Position numbers and translations under genes: made by a program. This document shows, piece after piece, positions 26,951 to 39,481 of a stretch of 64,000 bases of DNA; the first letter of the stretch is position 1, and each line of letters begins with the position of its first letter. Below the pieces are notes generated by a model. That model was not told the DNA's origin. It saw only the letters and a program-made list of their open reading frames with translations, and searched no databases. Origin of the DNA: the human T2T-CHM13v2.0 reference genome, Homo sapiens; the NCBI RefSeq assembly GCF_009914755.1, contig NC_060926.1; one strand, written 5' to 3'.

Positions 26951-27520
26951 AGCATTAATCTATTTCTTCTTTTTCTTCTTTTTTCCTGAGGCCCACCCTC
27001 CCAGCTTGAACAAATCCCCCTCTTCCTCCCTCCTCCCCTCTCTGCAGAATCCCAGTTCCTTTTGAGACACCCTCCACTGTGCTGGCGTGACCCCCTGGGC
27101 CCTCGCTGTCTGAGAAGCTACCACCCGGCCAGACAGGGGAGGCTCCGCCCTGCCCCTGCACCCGCCGCCCTCTCCCCGGCCGCACGGGAGCCCGGATCCC
27201 GCAGGCATCTGTGTTCGCAGGTTCTGCCGTTTGCTTTCGGGAAGGCGAGCATTGTTTTCCTCTGGATGCAAGCTTTTGCTGACCCACACCCCTCTTCCCC
27301 AATGCCTCCGCTTCCCTTCCCCCTTCGGGGACTTGGGATTGCCCTGCAGACTCCCTGGACTTGAGCGTTTTGGTCTCTGGCTGCAGTGTTTGTGAGAGAG
27401 GCTGCGGATGCGACCCAGCTCCGGCTCAGCTGCGCGCGTTTGCAAATGCGGCTGCGTCCAGACAGGGCATGGAACACATTTCCAAGCTCACGTCCCCGTT
27501 TCTTGTTTACAGCTGAGATT
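26570..27520. promoter_or_regulatory. CpG-rich promoter-like region
   Basis: Only non-repeat CpG/GC-dense block in the window (densest at 27080-27500); GC box GGCTCCGCCC at 27141-27150; TCF/LEF motif CCTTTGATC at 26838-26846; G-quadruplex motif at 26596-26620. Confidence 0.8.
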
Positions 27521-29324
27521 ATAAGCAATCTATGTGCCCTCTTATCATCGTGTCAGGCAATGATATATAGTTTGTAAATATTATTTAAAGGAAATGATTT
27601 GCAAAGGCAAACAATTTTAAGCAAAGTATATGGACCATGAGGTTTGTCTTTAATGTACTTACCAGAAGGACAGAGAAGGGGGCTGGGAGACCGGAAAATT
27701 ATGGGGTGAGGTGTGTGGGTGGGGGAAAAGGTGGCGGGGATGACTCAAAGGATTCTGGTGATTCGATGACAGTGACATAACTAATTAAATGTAATGTTGC
27801 TTAAAAGCCTTTGCTCTCTTTCTGAAATTGCTCGAAAGTATGCATTATTAAAGAAAAAAAGATAATGTAGAAGGAGGGGGACTTAGAATGACTGAATACA
27901 ACTCATTGTGCTGGCTCAAAAATGTCAAACTGCAGTGGAAAGAAATACAGCATTACAGGCTGGTGCGCTGAGGCCCCAGCTAGGGAAGGGGGAACTGTTA
28001 AGTGGAAAATTCCTGCAGAGGACTCGTTTCCATTTCCAATGGGAAGAAAGAGAGTGTTGTTGGAAGCTGGCAGATCTTTGGAAAATACAGGGGAGCACAG
28101 GGAAAATGACAAAAATGATCTCATTGAACTCTGAGAAATCTAGCAAACAAATAGCTTTAGCCAACCTACCACATTCTTATAGTGCCTGTGCCTGCATACC
28201 AAGACTGAGAAAGGATGAAATCTCAGCTCTCCCTCTCTCTGGTCCCCCTTGTCTCCTGAGAGGAAAGGAATGATGCTTGAGACACTGGCAGCAGCAGAGG
28301 ATCATGACTGTAGAAATGTGTCTATGAGTACATGTGTGCTCCTCAAATAGACTTGTGTGCTTAGGGAGATACTTACTTTGCATCCTGAATACTAAAATGA
28401 TGGTGCAGCTGTATTTGTTGAACACTAGAGGATTTCAGTTTAAGGAGCATTTTTCTGTCCGAAAGAACCACAAATCCTAACAGGAGTCACCAGGTTTTGC
28501 CACCCAGGGGTGGTCTCTGTTAGTGGGTTTTCTTCTAAGGATAGCCTGAATTGCATCACGAGCAGCTAGGTGATGGAGCAGGGCGAGAGCAAGCACATCT
28601 CAGAAGCTGTGTGCAGGTGTATTCGTATAACCGCGACCAGGAATTTTAGAATTATCATTACATGTTCCAGTGGAGAAAAACAGAGACTAATAAGAAGCCA
28701 CGTTTTTTCTTATTCTGTAAAGCTTCTGTCAAGAAGAAAGAAAAATGCCAGGCAGTGAATGCACTGCATGTACACAAATGAAGTTCAAACGATCTTCATT
28801 TGCTATGCTGATTTTTTCTCTATCAGATCCACAGCACACTGACAAGCTAAAGAAAACTTGTTTTACATTTATGGCTAAGATATGTGTGTATGTGTGTTGA
28901 GTAACACTTTTAAATATATTCCTTTCCATAGTAGTCTGATAATTTAATAACTGGTGAATTATATTGAAAACACTTTATTAAAACTATTTGACATTTCAAG
29001 TAAACTTTATTAAAAACTACAGATGACTGAATTTACGTGGTCAATATTCTACCTACTGACAAATCCAAAGCATAGATCAGCATATCTTGTATCAGTCCAA
29101 TGTCTCCTCCAAAAATTTAATTTTATTTGGATATGTAAATTCAATGCTATGATGGACCTTGGGACTTGTAAATTTTACATAGAAAACAATATTTGGTTCA
29201 GACCAATTCTTAAGTTATGTCCAATTGCCAAGGCAATGCCCATAGTAATTGAAGAAATATACTGTGAGTTACTCATTATATATTTAAGATATAAATGTTC
29301 TTGTCTGTTCTTACAAACAGCTTA

Positions 29325-30280
29325 CTTACATAGAGTTTTAATGAGATATAAGTCATATCCCATAACATTCACTTACTTTAAGTGTTCAATTCAATGGTTC
29401 ATATATTATTTACGTTATGCCACCACTACTACAGTTTCATTTTAAGATGTTTTCATCACTCTATAAAGAAAGATTGTGATTATTTATGATCACTATCCAT
29501 TCCTGCCCCAGCCCTAAGTAATGTTTTTGAGGTCCGTCCATGTTGTTCCTTTTAATTGCCAAATAGTTTTCCATTGTATAGATATACCATACTTTATTTA
29601 TCGATTCATCAGTTGACGAACATCAGTTGACGAACAGAAATGTTTCCATTTCTGGGCGTGGTGATTAATGCTGCAATGAACATTCACATATAAGTCATTG
29701 TGCAGACATGTTCTCATTTATTTTTGGTAGATACCTAACTAAGTGTGGAATTGCTATATCATATGGTATGCTTACATTTTTCAGAAACTGCCAAATTGTT
29801 TTCCAAAGTGGCTGTACAATTTTACATTCTTACAAAAGCATATGAAAGTTATAATTCCTCCAAACAGTAACACTTGTTATTGTCTGTCTTTTTGATTATA
29901 GCCATTCTGGTGAGTGAGAAATAATATCACATTGTGGTATTGATTTGCATTTTGTTATGTTCAATCACGTGCATCTTTACCTGTGTTTATTAATCATTTG
30001 TGTATCTTCTAAGGAGAAATATCTAAATATTCAAAACCTTCCACCATTTTTTTAGTTGTGTTATTTGGTTTTTATTGCTCACCTGTTAGAATCCTTTTTA
30101 TATTCTGGGCACAAATCCTGTACTGGATATATGATTTATGAATGTTTTCTCTCAGTTTGTGGGTTAGTTTGTTATTTTCTTGATGGTGTCTTTCAAAGCA
30201 GCAAAGTTTTTATTTTAACTAAGTTTAATTTATCAATTATTTTTCTTTTATCATTTGTGCTTTTGTTGCCATATCTAACT
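29325..30280 (-). mobile_element. old L1M (L1MB/ME-like) 3' region
   Basis: TTTTAATGAGATATAAGTCATATCCCATAACATTCAC, AAACTGCCAAATTGTTTTCCAAAGTGGCTGTAC, GATTATAGCCATTCTGGTGAGTG. Confidence 0.85.
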
Positions 30281-30509
30281 TTCCAATACAGTCTTAAGAT
30301 ATTTTATTTACTCAATATGTATTTTTTAATAACCTACCATGTGCCTATCACTATATTAGAATGGAAAGATAACTGAACTACAATAATACTGGTAATTTAT
30401 AGCTTGGATTTGAGGACAAAGCCAGTAATACACCTTCATCATCTTAAGGTTTCTGATGATAGAGCGTCTCAGAGTTCCAGAAAGGATTGAGCCACTTTTA
30501 AATTTTAGA

Positions 30510-30542
30510 ATCACTTCTCGGCCTTTTGGCTAAGATCAAGTG
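30510..30542 (+). pseudogene. 3'-truncated U2 snRNA retrocopy (nt 1-33)
   Basis: ATCACTTCTCGGCCTTTTGGCTAAGATCAAGTG matches the U2 5' end ATCGCTTCTCGGCCTTTTGGCTAAGATCAAGTG at 32/33; the one change is a CpG transition. Confidence 0.93.
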
Positions 30543-30980
30543 AATTTTTTGAGATTCCAGGTATATTTTTTAAGGTGCCAAAAGAGTTTTGAAATAGTAG
30601 TATATCTGAAATATACCTTAACAATTTTAACATGCATAATGCAATATATCTATGCAGTCTTAAGACAAATTTCATAATTATAAAAATGTAAACTGCTGTG
30701 CTACATTGAGTGTGTCTCAGTCACAGGACAAAAGTTTGACATTGATGATGAACATCTTTCAATGTAGTTTCTGAATGTACAGCTTTGTTTGAAAACTACA
30801 TCAAAGGTCTAAATTTGATGCCATAAACCACTTCTTTACCCCAGGAAAGATATATTGTATCTGAAGATTTTTCTTAATTTTTCTCACTCAAATACTGCCA
30901 TTTACATGGATGTCCATGTTCTGACATGACTTTGTAGGAAAACTGACCTTTCCTCCACATGGAAAGAGGTAGAGAGAAGT

Positions 30981-31185
30981 TGTGTTAGGTCATTCTCATG
31001 TTGCAATAAAGAAATACCTGAGACTGGGTAATTTATAAAGAAAAGAGGTCCTACAGGCTGTACAGGAAGCATGGCATGGGCATTTGCTTGGCTTCTGAGG
31101 AAGCCTCGGGGAGCTTTTATTCATAATGGAACGTGAAGCAGGAGCAGATGATTCACATGGCCAGAGTAGGAGCAAGAGAGAGAGA

Positions 31186-31225
<40 letters not shown>

Positions 31226-31406
31226 GGTCACACACACATTTTAAATAACCAGATCTCAAGAGAACTCACTCACCATTGTGAAGAAAGCACCAAGCCATGA
31301 GAGATCTGCCTCCATGACCCAGAACCTCCCACCAGGCCCCACCTCCAACACTGGGGGTTCCATTTCAGCATGAGATTTGGTGGGGACACAGATCCAAACC
31401 ATATCA
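30981..31406 (-). mobile_element. MST (MSTA/B) solo LTR with internal (GA)n
   Basis: TGTGTTAGGTCATTCTCATGTTGCAATAAAGAAATACCTGAGACTGGG ... GATCCAAACCATATCA; (GA)n at about 31176-31221. Confidence 0.92.
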
Positions 31407-31508
31407 TAGGTCTAAAATATTGACAACAGAATATATCATACTGATATATTCTGTGAGCTGCAGAAATCAATGTGAGCTGCAGTATGCCGTGGGGATAGTA
31501 TTGTTACA

Positions 31509-34187
31509 CAGGCATACTTTGTTTTATTGTGCTTCATTTTATTGAGCTTCATGGATAATGTATTTTTTACGAATTGAAGGTTTGTGGCAACCCTGCACTA
31601 GGCAAGTCTATTGGTGCCGTTTTTCTAACAGCATGTGCTCACTTCCTGTCTTTGTCATATTTTGGTAATTCTCACAATATTTCAAACGTTTTCGTCATTA
31701 TATCTCTAATGGTGATTTGTGATTAGTGATCTTTGATGTTACTATTGTAATTGTTTGGAGGTGCCACAAACTGCACTCATGTAAGACAGTACACTTATTT
31801 GATAAATGTGTATGTCTTCACTGGTGCATCAACCAGCCATTCCACAATTTCTCTTCTTCTTCTCAGGCCTCCCTATTCCCTGAGACAAACAATATTGAAA
31901 TTCGGACAGGTCTTTTGTAAAAGAGTCAATCAATTCTAAAATGGCCTCCAAGTGTTCAAGTGAAAGCAAGAGTCTCATGTCTCTCATTTTAAATCAATAG
32001 CTAGAAATAATTAAACTTAGTGCGACAGGAATGTTGAAAGCAGAGATAGGCTGAAAGCTAGGCCTCTGCCATCAAATAGTTAGCTGAGTTGTTAATGCAA
32101 AGGAAAAGTTTGTGAAGGAAATTAAAAGTGCTACTCCAGTGAACACACAAATGATATGAAAATGAAACAGCCTTATTGCTGATATGGAGAAAGTTTGAGT
32201 GGTCTAGATAGATGATCAAACCAGCCACAACATTCCCTTAAGACAAAACCTAATCTAGAGCAAGGCCCTAATTCTCTTCAATTCTGTGGAGGCTGAAGGA
32301 GATAAGGAAGCTGCAGGAGAAGAGTTAGAAGCTAGCAGAAGTTGGTTCATGAGGCTTAAGGTGAAAAGTTGTCTTCATAACAAAAGTGTAAGATGAAGCA
32401 AGCAACAAATTATTTGGAAGATCTACCCAAGATAATTGATGAAGGTGGCTATGGCTACACAATACATTTTCAATGTATATAAAAACATCTTCTATTAGAA
32501 CAAGATGCCATCTAGAACTTTTATAGCTAGAGAGGTGAAGTAAATGCTTGGCTTCAAATCTTCAAAGAGTAGACTGACTCTCTTGTTAGGGTCTAATGCA
32601 GCTAATGATTTTAAGTTGAAACTGGTGCTCATTTGCCATTTTATAAATCCCAGGGCCTTTAAGAATTGTGCTAAATCTGTTCTGTCTGTGCTTTATAAAT
32701 GGAACCACAGGCTGGGCGCAGTGGCTCACACTTGTAATTCCAGGATTTTGGGAGGCTAAGGTGGGTGGATCACTTCAGGTCAGGAGTTCGTGACCAGCCT
32801 GGCCAAGATGGTAAAACTTCGTCTCTACTAAAAATACAAAAATTAGCCTGGTGTGGTGGCATGCACCTGTAGTCCCAGCTACTCAGGAGGCTGAGGCAGG
32901 AGAATCACTTGAATCCTAGAGCTGGAGGTTGCAGTGAGCCAAGATTATGCCACTGCACTCCAGCCTGGGAAACAGAGTGAGACTCCATCTCAAATAAATA
33001 AATAAAAATAAATGGAGCAACAAAGCCTAGATGACAGCACATCTGTTGACAGCATACTTTAATAAATATTTTAAGCCCACTGTTGAGACCCACTGCTCAG
33101 GAAAACAAAAATTTCTTTCAAAATATTACTGTTCCTTGTCAATGTACCTAGTCAGCAAAGAGCTCTGATGAAGATGTAGAAGGAGAGTAATGTTTTTGTG
33201 TCTGTTAACATGACATTCATTCAGCAACCCACGGATCAAGAAGTCATTTCAACTTTTGAGTCTTAATAATAAGAAATACATTTTGTAAGGTTATAGTTGC
33301 CATAGACAGTGATTCCTCTGATGGATCTGCACAAATATTCTGGAAAAATTCACCATTCTCAGTGCCATTAAGAACAGTTGCTATTCATGGGAGGAGGTCA
33401 AAATATCAACATGAACAGGAGTTTGGAAGAAGTTGATTCCAACCCTCATGGATGACTTTGAGGGGCTCAAGACTTCAGTGGAGGAAGTAACTGCAGATGT
33501 GGTGAAAATAGCAAGAAAACTAGAATTAGAAGTGGAGCCTGAAGATGTGGCTGAATTGCTTCAATTTAATGATGAAACTTAAACGGATGAGGAGTTGCTT
33601 CATATGGATGAGAAAGAAAGTGATTTCTTGGGAGCAAAACTTCTGGTGATGATGCTGTGAACACTGTTGAAATGATAGCAAAGGATTCAGAATATTACAT
33701 TAACTTAGTTCAAAAAGTAGTGGCACAGTTTGAAAGGATTGACACCGATTTGGAAAGAAGCTCTACTGTGGGTAAAATACTGGGAAAGAGCATCACATAT
33801 TGCAGACATGTCTTTTGTAAAACAGTCCATCATTACAGCAAACTTCCTTTTTTTTTTCACTTAAAGAAGTTGCCATAGCCACCCAAACCTTCAGCAACCA
33901 CCATCCTGATCATTCAGCAGCCATCAGCATCAGGGCAAGACCCTCCACCAGCAAAATGATCATGACTTATTGAAGTCTCATAATCATTATCATATTTAGC
34001 AGTAAAATATTTTTAAATTAAGTATTTTTAAGTGTACTTTTTTAATACATAATGCTATTGCATGCTTAATATGCTACAGTAGAATGAGAAGTAACTTTCA
34101 TATGCACTGGAAAGCCAAAAAATTTGTGCGACTTGCTTTATTGTGGTGGTCTGGAACCGAACCCACAATATTTCTGATTTATGCCTA
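31509..34187 (+). mobile_element. near full-length Tigger1 DNA transposon (decayed transposase)
   Basis: TIRs CAGGCATAC ... TATGCCTA followed by TA; ORF piece [54 protein letters not shown] resembles the Tigger1 DDE transposase; many stops. Confidence 0.95.
32710..33006 (+). mobile_element. AluS inserted in Tigger1
   Basis: Full dimer, (AAAT)n tail, TSD ATAAATGGAACCACA / ATAAATGGAGCAACA. Confidence 0.96.
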
Positions 34188-35084
34188 TAATACTAAAGTG
34201 ATCCATTTTTATTTCTCCTTCAAATTACTGAACACTTACATGCTTCTCCTTCTCAGAGTGATCCTTTGGGTTATCATCCCAGGGACAGAGAGGGTAGTTA
34301 AGAAACTTAACAAGAAAATAGGTTCACTGACAGGTCTGGATGAAAAGGATGCCATGTTTGGCTAACTAGACTGTTGGAGTGTACTCAAGGGCATACCAGA
34401 CAGGAAGAGCAAGAGGGAAAGCTCCATTCTTTCAAGTCCCTGGGGATTGAAGAGGAAGAAGGAAAATGATCTAATATAAGGTTCTCTCCTCATTTCCATC
34501 CCCACTTCCTTGGTAAATCCAATTCCAAAGAATATAAGGTAGCCAAAAACCTAGACATGTTCAGAAAGAGTGTGGGAGGAACACTAAGGCCACTATGGCT
34601 TTTCTCCCTTCTAAAGTTTGGGTTCTAAGAAAGACCATCTTGTAGTCTGCCCCCACAGCCATATGGGGCATTGCTATATCAAAGTCAGGGTAGCATGGCT
34701 GGGAGGAGGAGGCTTCAGTGTTTAGCTTGCCCTAACTACCCTCAGTTCCTGTTTGGCAGGAACATGGTTCCCAAATAGATCAAAGCCTGGCCAGAGCTTT
34801 CTAGCAGTGCCTACCACAGCATGAAATAAAAGGACAGCAGCTGTAGGGTGGATGCTTGGGCCAAAATGGATGGAGACCATTAGTGCTTCCAAGACCAAGA
34901 ACACATTGCAGATTGAAACAAAACAAAACAATACTAAATAAAACAAAAATAACTTTTTCTGTTAGTGGTGGCAGTGGACACAGAAGGAGAATCTATATCA
35001 ATTATGAGCAATGCCAATGGGATTTTAGAATCCTAAAAAGCCGGTTTAAATTATTGGATTGTTTTCTGACTCCCAGATGGAGAA

Positions 35085-35493
35085 TGTATAATTAAGAATT
35101 CAATCAGAGAAAGGGAACCAATAGTTTATGTATATTAAGAGATTTATTGCCAGGAATTGGTTTATGAACTTGTGGGACTGGCTGGGAAAGCCTGAAATCT
35201 GCGTTGCAGGATTTCAGGAAGGATGATCTGGAATTCTCAGCCAGGGGCAGAAGCTACTGTTTACAGGCAGAGTTTCTTCTTCTTCAGGGAAGCCTCAGCT
35301 GTGCTCTGAAGGCCTTTCAACTGCTTAGATCAGGCCCACCCAGATTATTTAGGATAATCTTTGTATAAGTCACCTGATTATGGACCTTAATCACCTCTAT
35401 AAAACACCTTAATAGCAACATCTAGATTAGCATTTAGCTGAATCACTGGGTACTTTACCTTTGCCAAATGGACACACAGAGCTGACCATCACA
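35085..35493 (-). mobile_element. MLT2 (ERVL) solo LTR
   Basis: GAGATTTATTGCCAGGAATTGG, AGGCCTTTCAACTGCTTAGATCAGGCCCACCCAGATT, ends GACACACAGAGCTGACCATCACA. Confidence 0.85.
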
Positions 35494-36177
35494 GGGAAGT
35501 ATGTTTATTCTCTCACCATACTTTTTAACTATCAGTGGGCTTCAAATAAGGAGACTGGATACATTTCCCAAAAAATAAAAAAGCACTCTTTATTTTTGCA
35601 GTTAAGTTGTCCTGTGAATTTAGGAAGTGCAATTCTGTACAACAAAGTTAGAGAGATACTTAATTGTGGTGTGTGAGCTCAAGGAGGTAATCTTCCTGTT
35701 ATTCTCTACCTGGAGCAGAGAAAAGTAAAAAAAAAAAAAAAAAACAAAAAACTGGGATCTGTTCTGTAAACTGGATCTAAGGGAATAACCTTGATTTCAG
35801 ACTCCTGCCACCAATATCACGGTAATTTGTGACATCAGCCATCAGAAACTAATAAAAGCACACTGTAAATCTTGCTTGAATTAAAAAACTTGGGAAGCTT
35901 GTTGGAACTATGACTTCAGGACATTCTTTGGGCTTTTTCATTTTTATTTTTTTTTAGCAGTCTTTCCTTCTCCTTAAATAAGAAAACAAGCATGACTCAA
36001 TAAGTACTCAAAATGAGTTTTTAAAATCTTATATCAAGTAGTCTCTAGGATTTTTGCTTTGTTGTATTCAGAGGGCTTTGAAAATGTTCTCTGATCACTG
36101 AGGAAGCACATTCTTCACCCCAGTGAATAGTACCACTGAGCATGAGCCAAGGAAGCCATGCGAAGCCTTCTTTTTTC

Positions 36178-36313
36178 CTCTCCCCTAAGAGCTTGCTCTC
36201 CTGTATCTGTCTCTCTCCATCTTTACAACTCACAGCCATCCTCTCCCCTAAGAGCTTGCTCTCCTGTGTCTGTCTCTCTCCATCTTTACAACTCACAGCC
36301 ATCCTCTCCCCTA
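36178..36313 (+). repeat. 63-bp tandem duplication
   Basis: Units 36178-36240 and 36241-36303 differ at one base; TCCTCTCCCCTA occurs three times, at the unit boundaries. Confidence 0.97.
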
Positions 36314-36950
36314 GCATCTCTGCTTCAGTTCTTTCTCCCCTAACAAGTCACTGTACCTATAAAAGCCAGGGTAATATTTTAAATACCTCAGTCAGATCTT
36401 GTTACTCTACATCTCCTTTCCCAGCTTAAAAATCATCAAAGGCTTTTCCATTGCCCTCAGCATAACATCAAATGCCTTACCATGCCCCAGATGGACGGGT
36501 GTGATCTGGCTCCTGCCAACACAGCCACCCCATCTCACACTCCCTTCCTCCTGCTCACTGTGCCCCAGTCACTCTGGCCTAATTCCTGTCCATGAACATG
36601 CTTGCCTCTAGGCCTTTGCATTTGTTGTTGGCTCTTCCAGAAAGCTCTTCCCTTGAATGTTTGTCTGACTGACATCTTCTTGGCTTTGAAGTCTCACCTT
36701 AAATGTTACATTTTCACAGAGGCTTTCCCTAACGCCTCCCAATTTGCTAACACTTATATTCACTCATCACAGACTATAAATACCTGTTTATTTGCTCACT
36801 TACTTATTTTCTGTCTAAATTCACCAGAAGGCAAACTCCTTGGAACTGGAATTTTGCCAATTCTATTAATTTGCATATTCTCTGCATTTAGAACAGTGCC
36901 CGGCACATAGATATCCAATAAATATCTGCCAAAATGATCAATAAATAAAT
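36314..36950 (+). mobile_element. L2 3' region
   Basis: GGCCTTTGCATTTGTTGTT, TTTAGAACAGTGCCCGGCACATAG...CAATAAATATCTG. Confidence 0.8.
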
Positions 36951-39072
36951 ATTAAAATAGAAGATGGTGTGCTACACTGTATCTGTATAAGCTATGAACT
37001 AAATACAGCTTCATATACAAGCTACTCATTACATTCTGTTAATTTGCATCATTTGGACCTTTAATACCTCCATTATTTTCTATATACAATGCTGTTAACA
37101 ACTTGTAAAACTTAATACAGTTAATAACTTTTTAATGAGATCACCAATCTTACCAATGCTAATACTGTTCTTTAGCTTTGGATCCAAAAGCTATAAGAAT
37201 GGTACCATCTTTTCCTGTGCCTTACACTTCATCTGCCATTTGATTTTCATGTTGGAAGAGTCCTACAACAGCCCAAGGCAGCAAAACCTTTATATGAGCA
37301 TGGATGACATCATGACCCTAGTATAGGTCATTTAAAATAACTTTTGCCAGTTTTAGACACAGAGGTAAACATAGATAGGAACAGAATTTCCAGGTAATTT
37401 GAGGTTTTTTTCTTACTTTTTGGGAAGAAAGCAGCTAGTTATGAAAACTAAACACAGAGGAAAGCATTTTGTTTCTGTAAAAAGACCCCAGCTTGCTTGA
37501 ACATGTTTCTAAGAATGTTTACTTTGGATATCTAATATTATAACAGATTTCTTTCTAAGTTATGTTCATCAAGCTTCTGGTCGGCAGCGCCATAATTTCT
37601 GCTATAAATAAGTCTGATTATTGTAAGAAAGAACTACTTTTCAAAGCACTCCATGCAACTCACTCAGGATGTAAACCACCATAACTCCCTAAATTTATAT
37701 GCACAGTGCAACTGACATGCCTTCACTATGTCTTCACAATTTAGACAACCAGCACACTACTGGTTCTATGTCCAGAAAGGCTTAGCACTCTTCTATTAGA
37801 TGTTAGAAGTCTGGAAATTCACTAGAAGTCTGAACTGCTTTCATATGGCATTTAAAAGCAGGAAACAATTGTATAAATTCATATTAAATTTGTTAAGAGG
37901 CTCCAGGGTTTCAGAAGTTATTTGGATGAAACAGCTAAAACCTCAAAAGAAGAATGAATGCTGAGCTGCTTTCTAAATAAAGATATTGTGACACACAAAG
38001 CAATAGGCATGATTTAACATAGGTCAAAATATGACTGTGACCCTGGCATACACAACATCTTAAAATTCTTCTTTGATGGATGGAAAAGCATTTTCCTAGA
38101 CCCATGACATTACAAACTGCCATTCTATATAAATTCAGCTGTAAAATTATTTTTAGTATGTATATTCTCCTCCAAGACTTAATCAATTCCTCTCTCAATG
38201 CTTACAGATGTTTTCATTGAGCTAAGGTAGATAAATTCATAGACTATGTGCTAGAATGTTAATTATAGTTTTTCTTTATAGCTCCTGGGTGATCATGCCT
38301 TAACTCATCTATGAAAAATTACATTTTGGCCAGATGAAAATTTGATGTCCCTGGGAAAATGGGATTTATACAACTAAGACAAAATCCTAAACTGCCCATC
38401 TGAGATGCCAAAGCCTCATTTATAATATTTGCTGGGGAGGGGGGCAATTAGCTTGGGGGGAAAGACTTCTCAGGTACCTGTAAAACATTCCCAAAAGCTT
38501 AAGACCAAACTCTCACTCCTCACCGAAGTTACTGGTCTCAAACTCTAAACCAAAGCCCTAGAATATTTTGGGAAATGTATAGCTATTAAAAAACACTTGA
38601 CAACTGGGGAAATGAGAATGAGTAAACCTCATTATTCTTCATATTTTACCCCTCAGTTTAAACCATTTGGGTATAGGGGGTGAGTTCACAGGGCTTTAGT
38701 TCTCGCCTGTCCCTGAGGGTGGGAGGATGCCATCTCTCAGACTGCCTGCATATAATACTACACCCTCTGGGTATCATCACTCAAGTCTCTGAGCCTTGAG
38801 GTCAGGACTCCCGAGAAATCCTGGTCAGTGGTGAATGAAATGCACCAAAGTCCCCTTTGCAGTTAAACTCTGTTTTAATGAAATTACTTCACTTTCCAGT
38901 ATTCATTTTTGTGTAATGTAGCTAACATAAATACTAGTAAATCTCCCCAGATTGAGTCTAATTATGAAGGGCCAGAGGGTAGGAGAATTAGAAGGACTGT
39001 ATTGTAAGTTAAGAATCTTAGATGCTGAAATAAAACTATTAGCAGCCAAATTATAAGGCAATTTTTTGTTTA

Positions 39073-39389
<317 letters not shown>

Positions 39390-39442
39390 TTAAACACACT
39401 GTTATCAATGTATTCAAATAAAGGACGGTCAGAGAACTTAGG

Positions 39443-39444
<2 letters not shown>

Positions 39445-39478
<34 letters not shown>
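39445..39478. repeat. (CA)n microsatellite
   Basis: Direct reading. Confidence 0.95.

Positions 39479-39481
<3 letters not shown>

Noticed and set aside
26416-27520. Naming the host gene
   Set aside because: No recognisable coding exon in the window; any gene symbol would be a guess
26955-27577. Overlapping 63-161 aa ORFs on both strands
   Set aside because: Expected in GC-rich promoter DNA with few stop codons; low-complexity G/R/P/A peptides with no recognisable domain
29023-30376. 140-aa and 106-aa hydrophobic ORFs
   Set aside because: AT-rich, largely antisense old L1; composition explains the hydrophobicity
32544-33878. Transposase-like ORFs as a domesticated TIGD gene
   Set aside because: Broken by stops, frameshifts and an Alu
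34370-34980. Possible ancient LTR or MER remnants (also about 46850-47130, 49020-49170 and 53200-53960)
   Set aside because: Too diverged to assign a family or boundaries by eye
35726-35751. Orphan poly-A tracts (also 11306-11356 and 51203-51230) as processed-pseudogene tails
   Set aside because: No upstream mRNA-like body and no convincing TSD
36178-36313. Repeat-spacer pattern resembling a CRISPR array
   Set aside because: The intervening segments are identical copies, so it is a tandem duplication in eukaryotic DNA
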